The notes under the pieces: model-generated | The model's database searches: none | What the model was told of the DNA's origin: nothing | Seen by the model: the letters and a program-made list of their open reading frames with translations, nothing else | Assembly (NCBI GenBank): GCA_963714645.1 | Contig: CAVQQX010000085.1 | Span: 4,972 to 68,971 of the forward strand | DNA from: an uncultured Gammaproteobacteria bacterium | Lineage (GTDB): Bacteria; Pseudomonadota; Gammaproteobacteria; Steroidobacterales; Steroidobacteraceae | Length of the DNA: 64,000 nt | Reading direction: 5' to 3' | Translations under genes and position numbers: made by a program | Part shown: piece after piece, positions 56,353 to 64,000 of the stretch | Numbering within the stretch: position 1 is the first letter of the stretch | Layout of the letters: every line of letters starts with the position of its first letter

Positions 56353-57546
56353 TCAGCCCGCCTGCAGCAGGCCGGTCACGTGGCGCGCGATCATTGTTTC
56401 CTCGTCGGTCGGCACGACGTACGCGGCCACCCGGCTGCCCGTCGCGCTGATCCGGGGCCCGTGTCGCCCGTTCGCGACCGCGTCGAGCTCGACGCCGAGC
56501 CACGCGGCCTCGCCGCAGATTCGCGCGCGGATGACGGGCTGGTTCTCGCCGATGCCCGCAGTGAACACCAGCGCATCGACACCGCCGAGCGCAGCCGCGA
56601 GCGAGCCGAGCTCGCGCCCGGCCCGGTAGACGAACACGTCGAGTGCCTCGCGCGCCGCGGCCGCCGGGCTCGCGAGGAGGTCGCGCACGTCGTTCGAGAT
56701 CCCCGACATGCCGAGCAGGCCGGACTCGTGGTAGATCAGCCGCTCGATCTCGCGCGCGCCGAGCTCGAGTTCGTCCATCAGGAACAATACGACGCCCGGA
56801 TCGAGCGTGCCGCAGCGCGTGCCCATCGGCAGCCCGTCGACGGCCGTGAAGCCCATGGTCGTGGCCACGCTGCGGCCGCCCGCCAGTGCGCACATGCTCG
56901 CTCCGTTGCCGAGGTGCAGCACGATCGTGCGCCCGGCGGCCGCGCGACCATCGAGCGCGGGCAGCTGCGAGGCGATGTACTCGTAGGACAAGCCGTGGAA
57001 CCCATAGCGACGCACTCCGGCCTCGGCAAAGCGTGGCGGCAGGGCGAAACGCTGCGCGACCTCCGGCACGGTGCGGTGGAACGCCGTGTCGAAGCAGGCG
57101 ACCTGGGGCGTTCCGGCCCAGCGCTCGAGCAGCACGCGAATCGGTGCGAGGTTGTGCGGCTGGTGAAGGGGCGCGAGGGGCACGTACCGGTCGAGCCGCG
57201 CCAGGATCGGGGCGTCGACGCGGACGGGCGCCATGAATTCGAGCCCGCCGTGCACCACCCGGTGACCGACGCCCACGATTCGCCGGCCTTCGAGTCGCGC
57301 CTCGACCTGCGCCAGGAGCAGGTCGAGCGCCGCGGCGTGGTCGAGCTCGTCATCCCCGCGTGCTTCGTCGACGAGCGTCTGCGCTCCGCGCCGCAGCGTG
57401 AGCCGCGGTTGCACGCCGAGCCCCGCGACCTGGCCGCGCAGATCGCGTTCGAGCCGCGTCCCCTGCAGACGGAAGACGCAGAACTTGATGCTGGACGATC
57501 CCGCGTTCAACACCAGGATCGACGGGGCCCCGGCGGCCGACGTCAT
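56353..57546 (-). CDS. ackA: acetate (short-chain acyl) kinase
   Basis: ILVLNAGSSSIKF, GHRVVHGG and VFTAGIGEN. Confidence 0.9.
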   Translation of the reverse strand: MTSAAGAPSILVLNAGSSSIKFCVFRLQGTRLERDLRGQVAGLGVQPRLTLRRGAQTLVDEARGDDELDHAAALDLLLAQVEARLEGRRIVGVGHRVVHGGLEFMAPVRVDAPILARLDRYVPLAPLHQPHNLAPIRVLLERWAGTPQVACFDTAFHRTVPEVAQRFALPPRFAEAGVRRYGFHGLSYEYIASQLPALDGRAAAGRTIVLHLGNGASMCALAGGRSVATTMGFTAVDGLPMGTRCGTLDPGVVLFLMDELELGAREIERLIYHESGLLGMSGISNDVRDLLASPAAAAREALDVFVYRAGRELGSLAAALGGVDALVFTAGIGENQPVIRARICGEAAWLGVELDAVANGRHGPRISATGSRVAAYVVPTDEETMIARHVTGLLQAG

Positions 57547-58958
57547 GCGTCCCTACCGGCCGGCGAGCCGCCCGGCGCCGCGAGCGCCGCACGCTTCGCG
57601 TGCACCAGCAGCTTGGCGACCGCGGCGGAGCCGATGCGCATGCGGACGTTGTCGGCGCGGCTCGTCAGGATCACGGGCACGCGTGCACCGAGCACGATCC
57701 CCGCACTGTCCGCGCCCGCGAAATACTGCAGCTGCTTCGCGAGCATGTTGCCGGCCTCGATGTTCGGCACGAGCAGGATGTCCGCCATGCCCGCGACCGG
57801 CGACACGATGCTCTTGGTCCGTGCCGCAATCAGGCTCACCGCGTTGTCGAACGCGAGCGGGCCGTCGAGGATGCCGCCGACGATCTGGCCGCGGTCGGCC
57901 ATCTTGCACAGCGCCGCGGCGTCGAGCGTCGAGCGGATGTCCGGGCTCACCATTTCGACGGCGGAGAGGATCGCCATCTTGGGCGACTCGACCCCCAGGC
58001 TGCGCGCGAGGTCGATCGCGCTCTGCGCGATGTCGCGCTTCTCGGCGAGCGACGGCTCGATGTTGATCGCGGCGTCGGTCACGAACAGGATCCGGTCGTA
58101 GGCCGGCACGTCCATGACGAACACGTGGCTCACGCGGCGCTCGGTGCGCAGGCCGGTATGGGAAGCCACGACGGCCGACATGATCTCGTCGGTGTGCAGG
58201 CTGCCCTTCATGATGGTCTCGACTTCGCCGGCCCGCGCGAGGCCGACGGCCGCCGCCGCCGAGGCGTGGCTGTGCTCCGTGTCCACGCGCCGGAACGCCG
58301 ACAGGTCCACCGCGAGACTCGTCGCGAGCGCGTCGAGCCGTGCACGGGGCGCGACCATTACGGGCACGATCAGGTTGCGCCGCGCGGCCTCGAGCGCTCC
58401 GAGCAGCGAGTTGCGATCGCAGGGATGCGCCACCGCGCAGGTCACCGGGGCGAGCGGCTCGCAGCGCTTCAGCAAACGTGCGAATACGTCGTTGCGCCGG
58501 ACAATGAACTCCGGGCGCTCGAGTTCCTCGTAGGTGGCCTTGCTCTGCGGGGCCTCGACCAGGACGGTGCCGCGCAGGACCTCGCGGCCGCCGGCCTCGA
58601 CCCGGCACTCGAACAGCACGCGGTGCCCGGCGGGGTGCTTCTCGCGTGCGGTCACGGTGGCGCGCACCGTCTCGCCGACGCGGAGCTTGCCGTCGAACTC
58701 GAGGTTCTGCGAGACGATCCTCGTGCCGGGACCCGGCAGACGTCGCTCGAGCATGCCGGAGACGATCGCCTCGGCCGCCACCGCGTCGACGGTCAGGTGT
58801 TCGGGGTCGAAGTCCAGGCCCTGCTCGACGTGGAACGGAACGACGTCGCCCGAGACGAGCAGCAGCGCCTCGACTTCCGACTGCGTGAGCGCGCGCTCGA
58901 CCGTCGCGGTTGCACCCACGTCGATCTCGTCGAAGGTGACGTTGCTGTAGCCGCTCAT
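57543..58958 (-). CDS. MaoC-like dehydratase domain fused to phosphate acetyl/butyryl-transferase
   Basis: ATG 58958 lies inside ORF 57543..60233. N-terminal hot-dog domain (FDEIDVGATATVERALTQSEV...). C-terminal PTA_PTB-like domain (IMKGSLHTDEIM, LVPNIEAGNMLAK). ATGA overlaps at both ends. Confidence 0.85.
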   Translation of the reverse strand: MSGYSNVTFDEIDVGATATVERALTQSEVEALLLVSGDVVPFHVEQGLDFDPEHLTVDAVAAEAIVSGMLERRLPGPGTRIVSQNLEFDGKLRVGETVRATVTAREKHPAGHRVLFECRVEAGGREVLRGTVLVEAPQSKATYEELERPEFIVRRNDVFARLLKRCEPLAPVTCAVAHPCDRNSLLGALEAARRNLIVPVMVAPRARLDALATSLAVDLSAFRRVDTEHSHASAAAAVGLARAGEVETIMKGSLHTDEIMSAVVASHTGLRTERRVSHVFVMDVPAYDRILFVTDAAINIEPSLAEKRDIAQSAIDLARSLGVESPKMAILSAVEMVSPDIRSTLDAAALCKMADRGQIVGGILDGPLAFDNAVSLIAARTKSIVSPVAGMADILLVPNIEAGNMLAKQLQYFAGADSAGIVLGARVPVILTSRADNVRMRIGSAAVAKLLVHAKRAALAAPGGSPAGRDA

Positions 58959-60472
58959 TGCGACAGGTCGATCCAGGTCGTCTTGAGCTCGGTGTACTTG
59001 TCGAACGCGTGCAGCGACTTGTCGCGGCCGATCCCCGATTGCTTGAAGCCGCCGAACGGCACGGTGATGTCGTCCGCGTCGTAGCAGTTCACGTAGACCA
59101 TGCCGGCGCGGAGCGCGCGTGCGATCCGGTGCGCCTTGCCAAGGTCCCGCGTCCAGACGGCCGCGGCGAGGCCGTACTCGACGCCGTTGCCGACGCGGAT
59201 CGCCTCCTCGGCGTCCTGCACCGTGATGGCGGCCAGCACCGGCCCGAAGATCTCCTCGCGCGCGATGCGCATGTCGGCGCGAACGCCGTCGAACACCGTC
59301 GGTTCGACGTAGTACCCCCCCGACGATTCCCGCGCGCGATGGCCGCCCGCGATCACGCTGGCGCCCTCTGCCCGGCCGGTCTCGATGTAACCGAGCACGG
59401 TCCGCATCTGCACGTCGTCCACGATCGCGCCGAGCCGGGTGGCGGGATCGAGCGGATCGCCCGGCGCGAGGTCGTGGCCCGCCGCGACGATCTTCTCGAG
59501 CACCCGGTCCCGCACCGGCGCCTCTACCAGCAGGCGCGAACCCGCCGTGCACATCTCGCCCTGGTTGAAGAAAATCGCGGAGGCCGCCGTCGCCGCCGCG
59601 CGATCGAGGTCGGGGCAGTCCGCGAGGATGATGTTGGGCGACTTGCCGCCGCACTCGAGCCACACGCGCTTCATGTTGGAGCGGCCGGAATACTCGAGCA
59701 TCCGCTTGCCGGTCCGCGTCGAGCCCGTGAACCCGATGCAGTCCACGTCCATGTGCAGTGCGAGCGCCTCGCCGGCCGTCCGGCCGTGCCCGGGCAGCAC
59801 GTTGAACACGCCGTCGGGCAGCCCCGCCTCGGCTGCGAGGGCGGCGAGCCGGATCGCAGACAGCGGCGATTTCTCGGACGGTTTCAGGATGAGGGAATTG
59901 CCGGCGGCGAGCGCCGGACCGATCTTCCAGGCGGCCATGATCAGCGGGAAGTTCCACGGCACGATCGCAGCGACCACTCCGACCGGTTCGCGCGTGACCA
60001 GCGCGAGGACGTCGCGTGCCGTCGGGGCGATCTCGTCGTACACCTTGTCGACGGCCTCGCCGTACCAGGCGATGCAGCGTGCGGTCGCCGGGACGTCCAC
60101 CGCGAGGCTGTCGGAGATGGGCTTGCCCACGTCGAGCGTCTCGAGCAGCGCGAGCTCGTCGCGATGGGCGAGGATCAGCTCCGCGAAACGCAGCAGCACG
60201 CGCTTGCGCTCGCGGGGAGCCTGCCGGGACCACCTGCCCGCCTCGAACGCGCGGCGCGCAGCCGCGACGGTCCGGTCGACGTCGGCGCGGTCGGTCGACG
60301 CGACGCGCGCGATCACGCGACCGTCGATCGGGCTCACGTCGTCGAAGGTCTCGCCGCTCGCAGCCGCGACGTAGCGTCCGTCGACGAAGGCGCGTGCCTC
60401 GATCGACAGCGCGTCGGCGCGGCCGCGCCAGTGGGTCGTCGCCGCGGGGGCGGGGCTCGCGGGGTGGTTCAT
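58955..60472 (-). CDS. puuC: NAD(P)-dependent aldehyde dehydrogenase, gamma-glutamyl-gamma-aminobutyraldehyde dehydrogenase-like
   Basis: FPLIMAAWKIGPALAAGN, LECGGKSP and FFNQGEMCTAGSR (catalytic Cys). Context. Confidence 0.83.
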   Translation of the reverse strand: MNHPASPAPAATTHWRGRADALSIEARAFVDGRYVAAASGETFDDVSPIDGRVIARVASTDRADVDRTVAAARRAFEAGRWSRQAPRERKRVLLRFAELILAHRDELALLETLDVGKPISDSLAVDVPATARCIAWYGEAVDKVYDEIAPTARDVLALVTREPVGVVAAIVPWNFPLIMAAWKIGPALAAGNSLILKPSEKSPLSAIRLAALAAEAGLPDGVFNVLPGHGRTAGEALALHMDVDCIGFTGSTRTGKRMLEYSGRSNMKRVWLECGGKSPNIILADCPDLDRAAATAASAIFFNQGEMCTAGSRLLVEAPVRDRVLEKIVAAGHDLAPGDPLDPATRLGAIVDDVQMRTVLGYIETGRAEGASVIAGGHRARESSGGYYVEPTVFDGVRADMRIAREEIFGPVLAAITVQDAEEAIRVGNGVEYGLAAAVWTRDLGKAHRIARALRAGMVYVNCYDADDITVPFGGFKQSGIGRDKSLHAFDKYTELKTTWIDLSQ

Positions 60473-60487
60473 GCGGCTATCACTCGT

Positions 60488-61066
60488 TCAGAACGTCGGC
60501 GGGGTGCTCGCCGAGATGATCTCGCACGGCTCCGTGCCGGTGTTGCGAAAGCGGTGCGGGATGGCACTCGTGAAATAGTAGGCGTCGCCCGGCCCGAGCT
60601 GGCGGGTTTCGGCGCCGACCGTGAGCTCGATGCAACCGCTGACCACCACGCCGCCCTCCTCGCCCTGGTGGCGCAGCATGTCCGCTCCGGTGTCGGCCCC
60701 CGGAGCGTACTGCTCGTGGAGCACCGCCATCGCCCGGTTCGGGCGGCGGGCAGCGACCAGCCGGAACGTCACCGAGCGGTCGCCCATCACGGCGAGTTCG
60801 TCGGCCTGGAAGAACACCTGTGGACTCGACGAGAGATCGAGCGTGAAGAACTCTGCGAGCGACATGGGGATCCCGTCGAGCACCTTCTTGAGCGAGCTCA
60901 CCGAGGGACTCACCCGGTTCTGCTCGATCAGCGAGATGAGTCCGTTGGTCACGCCGGCGCGCTTGGCGAGTTCGCGTTGGGAAAGGCCGTACATGGTGCG
61001 GACCGCGCGCAGGTGGATCCCGACGTCGATGTTCGGCTCGTTCACAGGGTGTTCAATATCCTGCAC
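60488..61066 (-). CDS. puuR: HTH-XRE plus cupin transcriptional regulator, PuuR-like
   Basis: Colinear by eye with E. coli PuuR, from GLSQRELAKRAGVTNGLISLIEQNRVSPSVSSL through RHQGEE to IISASTPPTF. The GTG start at 61066 is uncertain. Confidence 0.85.
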   Translation of the reverse strand: MQDIEHPVNEPNIDVGIHLRAVRTMYGLSQRELAKRAGVTNGLISLIEQNRVSPSVSSLKKVLDGIPMSLAEFFTLDLSSSPQVFFQADELAVMGDRSVTFRLVAARRPNRAMAVLHEQYAPGADTGADMLRHQGEEGGVVVSGCIELTVGAETRQLGPGDAYYFTSAIPHRFRNTGTEPCEIISASTPPTF

Positions 61067-61073
61067 AGTTCAT

Positions 61074-61096
61074 GTGAAAATCGTGGAGAATTTCAC
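61074..61096. promoter_or_regulatory. AT-rich inverted repeat, candidate operator in puuR / aminotransferase divergent region
   Basis: GTGAAAAT-cgtggag-AATTTCAC lies in a locally AT-rich spacer (61067-61182). Confidence 0.3.
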
Positions 61097-61182
61097 GTCC
61101 GATTGAGGGGCGTGTCAATTTTATTTATCATTTTGGCCTCCTCAAGCCCATCAGACCTTCCACCTGCCCGGGGACCAGACCC

Positions 61183-62517
61183 ATGTCCGCGACGCCTGCC
61201 CCTTCCCTCGAGCGCAGCGAACTCGAAGCCTTCTGGATGCCGTTCACGGCCAATCGCCAGTTCAAGTCGAACCCCCGTTTGCTCTCGCGTGCCGAAGGCA
61301 TGCACTACTGGACCCCGGACGGACGCGAGGTGCTCGATGCCGCCGCCGGGCTGTGGTGCGTCAATGCGGGACATGGGCGCAAGGAGATTACCGATGCGGT
61401 CAGCCGGCAGATCGCGACCATGGAATATGCGCCGCCGTTCCAGATGGGACATCCGGCGGCGTTCCAGCTCGCGAACGAAGTGGTGCGCTGGCTGCCGGAC
61501 GGGCTCGCCCACGTGTTCTTCACGAACTCCGGGTCCGAGTCGGTCGACACGGCGCTCAAGATCGCACTCGCCTACCATCGCGCGCGCGGCGAAGGGACGC
61601 GCACGCGGCTGATCGGGCGCGAGCGCGGCTACCACGGCGTCGGGTTCGGCGGCATCTCGGTCGGCGGCATGGTCAACAACCGCAAGTGGTTCGGCAGCGG
61701 GCTGCCCGGCGTCGATCACCTGCCGCACACGCACGACCTCGCGCGCAACGCGTACACGCGCGGCGAGCCGGTCCACGGCGCCCACCTGGCCGACGAACTC
61801 GAACGGCTCGTGGCGCTGCACGACGCGAGCACGATCGCCGCGGTCATCGTCGAGCCGGTCGCCGGCTCGACCGGGGTGCTGATTCCGCCGCGGGGCTATC
61901 TCGCGCGCCTGCGTGAGCTATGCACGCGGCACGGCATCCTGTTGATCTTCGACGAGGTGATCACGGGGTTCGGCCGGCTCGGGGCGCCGTTCGGCGCGTC
62001 CTACTTCGGCGTCACGCCCGACATGGTCACGATGGCGAAAGGCCTGACCAACGGCGCGATACCGATGGGCGCGGTGGCCGCGAGCCGGCAGATCTACGAC
62101 ACTTTCATGCAGGGCCCCGAAGGCGCAATCGAGCTGTTCCACGGCTATACGTACTCGGCGCATCCGGTGGCCTGCGCCGCGGGCATCGCGACACAGGAGA
62201 TCTATCGGCGCGAGGGGCTGCTCACGCGCGCGGCCGGGATGTCGGAATACTGGGCCGACGGACTGCATTCGCTGCGCGGGTTGCCGCACGTGATCGACCT
62301 GCGCAACCTGGGCCTGATCGGTGCGATCGAGCTGGAGCCGCAGGCCGGCAAGCCCGGTGCACGGGGCTTCCAGGCGTTCCTGCGGGCCTTCGAGAAGGGC
62401 GTGCTCGTGCGGGTGACCGGCGACATCGTCGCGTTGTCACCGCCGCTGATCATCGAGCGCCGGCACGTCGACCAGGTGTTCGAGACACTGGCGGACGTCC
62501 TGCGCGAAGGCGCCTGA
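61183..62517 (+). CDS. class-III omega-aminotransferase, beta-alanine-pyruvate transaminase-like
   Basis: FWMPFTANRQF, AAGLWCVNAGHGR, FDEVITGFGRLG and TMAKGLTNG. Confidence 0.85.
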   Translation: MSATPAPSLERSELEAFWMPFTANRQFKSNPRLLSRAEGMHYWTPDGREVLDAAAGLWCVNAGHGRKEITDAVSRQIATMEYAPPFQMGHPAAFQLANEVVRWLPDGLAHVFFTNSGSESVDTALKIALAYHRARGEGTRTRLIGRERGYHGVGFGGISVGGMVNNRKWFGSGLPGVDHLPHTHDLARNAYTRGEPVHGAHLADELERLVALHDASTIAAVIVEPVAGSTGVLIPPRGYLARLRELCTRHGILLIFDEVITGFGRLGAPFGASYFGVTPDMVTMAKGLTNGAIPMGAVAASRQIYDTFMQGPEGAIELFHGYTYSAHPVACAAGIATQEIYRREGLLTRAAGMSEYWADGLHSLRGLPHVIDLRNLGLIGAIELEPQAGKPGARGFQAFLRAFEKGVLVRVTGDIVALSPPLIIERRHVDQVFETLADVLREGA

Positions 62518-62521
62518 CGCG

Positions 62522-62559
62522 GGCCAGCCCCCTCGCCCGGGACGGGAGAGGGGGCGGCC
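62522..62559. terminator. GC-rich hairpin between convergent genes (possible bidirectional terminator)
   Basis: GGCC(A)GCCCCCTC ... GAGGGGGCGGCC with a 13-nt loop. No clear U-tract on either side. Confidence 0.35.
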
Positions 62560-62573
62560 GTCAACGCAGGAGA

Positions 62574-63281
62574 TTACTCGTTCGACCAGGGGAACGTGGT
62601 CGAGACGGAGAGGATCGCCACGCCTTCGCTGTTGAAGACGTCGTCACCGACGCCGCCGTCGAGCGTCTCGAGGTCGCTGCCGTCTGCGTACTTGAGGCCG
62701 AGGTCGAAGTGGCCGACGGTATAGCTGACGCCCACCGCCCAGTCGAAGTAGTCGCTCTGGCCGTACGAGGCTTCGACGCCATCGCCGTCGCTGTAGCCGA
62801 CGTGGGCATTGAGCCCGAAGTTGGCGGGCAGCTCCCACTCGCCGTTCAGCTCGAAGTAGACCGCCGTCTCGTCGAGGTTGGCGAAGTCGCTCGTGTACGA
62901 GACCTTGCCGCTCAGCCAGTTGTAGCCGAGGCCCGCATAGACCTCCCAGAAGTCGAGGTCCTCGCCGCCGGGATAGGTGTAATAGATCGCACCCAGGTCC
63001 CAGGTGAGGTCTTCCCCGCCGCCCAAGCCCAGGTACAGATCGAGTTCGACTTCCTCGTCGCAGCAGTCGCCGAAATCGACGTTGCTGGCCCAGGCGCCGG
63101 CGTAGAAGCCGCTCTCGTGCGCAAAGTCGAGGCTCGCCTGGAGCGCCGGGTCCTGTGCTGACTGGGTGATGCCGCGCCAGTTGTAGTCGCTCACCGCCGT
63201 GATCGTCCCGGTGACTTCGGCTTGCGCCGCCATCCCCGCGAAGATCAATCCGATCGCAACCATCCCGTGGCTCAATTTCAT
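62574..63281 (-). CDS. TorF-family putative outer-membrane porin
   Basis: ATG 63281 is preceded by AAGGGG. Signal peptide. VSDYNWRGITQSAQDPALQASLDFAHESGFYAGAWASNVDF is characteristic of the TorF/gcw_chp family. Confidence 0.8.
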   Translation of the reverse strand: MKLSHGMVAIGLIFAGMAAQAEVTGTITAVSDYNWRGITQSAQDPALQASLDFAHESGFYAGAWASNVDFGDCCDEEVELDLYLGLGGGEDLTWDLGAIYYTYPGGEDLDFWEVYAGLGYNWLSGKVSYTSDFANLDETAVYFELNGEWELPANFGLNAHVGYSDGDGVEASYGQSDYFDWAVGVSYTVGHFDLGLKYADGSDLETLDGGVGDDVFNSEGVAILSVSTTFPWSNE

Positions 63282-63519
63282 CTCGTTACCCCTTTGTTGT
63301 ATGAAGACAACACAAAACACACCTTTAACGCGGCAATTGTAGCAGAGGTGATACGAATGCAGCATCGTACCTCGGCCCAGCCGCGACTCGGCCTGTTGCA
63401 CTGCAGAAACCGTGCCACCGAAAAATCGTAGGCAATGCCCGGACTTAGGCAGGTGCAGCGCACCGATTCAGGGCACGGAAATATGGCGGCGCACCGCGCT
63501 TGTTCAGCGCCGAGGACCG

Positions 63520-63942
63520 TCAACCGGCGGGCGGTTCGTAGATGGCGTAGAACTTCTGGGCGGGCTCGAGCACTTCCCACAGCCCGTGGAACCCCGCCGG
63601 CATCACGAAGCAGTCGCCCGAGCCGAAGGTCCAGCTGCGGCCGGCGTCATCCGAGATGCGGACGCGCCCGCGCGTGAGCACGCAGAGCTCGTTCTCGGTG
63701 TAGGCGACGCGCCAGGCGCCGACGCCGCTGCGCCAGATGCCGCCGAAGAAGCGGCCGCTCGGGTCGGTAAACCCGTTGCGCACGAACTGTTCAGGCATCG
63801 GACTGCCGTCCGCGAGACGCGCCGGGTCGAGGGCGAGCGGCTCCTCGGCGGCGACGTGCTCGTCGATCCGCAGGACCTCGGGACCGAGCGGTGCCGGAAT
63901 GGCAGCGGGAGGCGGCGTCGACGACACGGACCTTGCTCTCAA
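63520..63942 (-). CDS. cupin-fold protein (DUF861/Cupin_3-like)
   Basis: C-terminal cupin barrel (ENELCVLTRGRVRISDDAGRSWTFGSGDCFVMPAGFHGLWEV). TTG start at 63942 forms a TTGA overlap with the upstream stop. The start is uncertain. Confidence 0.65.
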   Translation of the reverse strand: MRARSVSSTPPPAAIPAPLGPEVLRIDEHVAAEEPLALDPARLADGSPMPEQFVRNGFTDPSGRFFGGIWRSGVGAWRVAYTENELCVLTRGRVRISDDAGRSWTFGSGDCFVMPAGFHGLWEVLEPAQKFYAIYEPPAG

Positions 63943-64000
63943 TCCACCGGCTTCTCGCGCAGCGTGGGTTCGCCTCGCAGCGCCGACATGCGCTGCTGCA
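63939..64000 (-). CDS. 3' end of an unidentified upstream gene (partial)
   Basis: The minus-strand frame reads ...QQRMSALRGEPTLREKPVD* with a TGA stop at 63939-63941. It is too short to identify. Confidence 0.35.
   Translation of the reverse strand, partial: QQRMSALRGEPTLREKPVD

Noticed and set aside
55963-61612. Long plus-strand ORFs (55963..58101, 57600..59084, 58958..61612) opposite ackA/pta/ALDH/puuR.
   Set aside because: These are antisense shadows of clearly identifiable minus-strand genes. They have no motifs.
63296-63317. Small palindrome TTGTTGT-atgaag-ACAACAA just upstream of the TorF-like porin RBS, superficially similar to the GTTGT...ACAAC arms at 14657-14680.
   Set aside because: The arms are only 5-6 bp and the spacing differs from the 14657 palindrome. 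The similarity is probably chance in AT-rich promoter DNA.

Overview
This window is a visibly high-GC proteobacterial chromosome segment, densely coding. I found no rRNA, tRNA, CRISPR array, transposase or integrase by eye. All domain calls come from reading the supplied translations; no searches were run. Start codons were re-picked by hand, and many lie well inside the longest ORFs in the track, because high GC produces long spurious N-terminal extensions and antisense ORFs. Many gene pairs share 4-nt start/stop overlaps (ATGA, GTGA or TTGA), for example at 397-400, 3552-3555, 7869-7872, 19319-22, 35111-14, 40441-43, 41358-61, 46845-48, 53955-58, 57543-46, 58955-58 and 63939-42. I used these overlaps as operon evidence.

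The window falls into three blocks.

(1) 5-20713 is a large cell-envelope region. It contains a TPR/coiled-coil/TlpA operon. It also contains a divergently transcribed pair of operons that encode exported CxxCH-motif proteins, a Tat-signal protein, a LamG-like lipoprotein, a beta-propeller lipoprotein, outer-membrane beta-barrels, a second TlpA, DUF4266- and DUF3570-like proteins, a methyltransferase and an ApbE flavin transferase that lacks a signal peptide. This is the best candidate for an undescribed system.

(2) 20734-39567 is mixed. It holds an aguA / two-domain PPK2 / ATP-grasp operon, a CusA/CzcA C-terminal gene remnant, a BNR lipoprotein, icd-aceK, a GT39 glycosyltransferase, an exported kinase-like protein next to an exported PPP-phosphatase with a degenerate kinase-like domain, methionine-salvage-type genes (aminotransferase, omega-amidase, Cys/Met PLP enzyme), a TLC-type transporter with a cadherin/Ig-like tail, and ppgK.

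(3) 39572-63942 is a polyamine / beta-alanine catabolic island (potFGHI, spuC, two glutamine-synthetase-like genes, puuD, puuB, puuR-like, puuC-like ALDH, MaoC-Pta, ackA, aguB, an omega-aminotransferase, a TorF-like porin and a cupin). It is interrupted by queD, rlmL and an exonuclease-GIY-YIG fusion.

Non-coding features of note are a heptad-repeat palindromic element (45392-45510), nested palindromes in the 14577-14766 divergent region, AT-rich boxes around 47610-47840, and a clear intrinsic terminator after potF.
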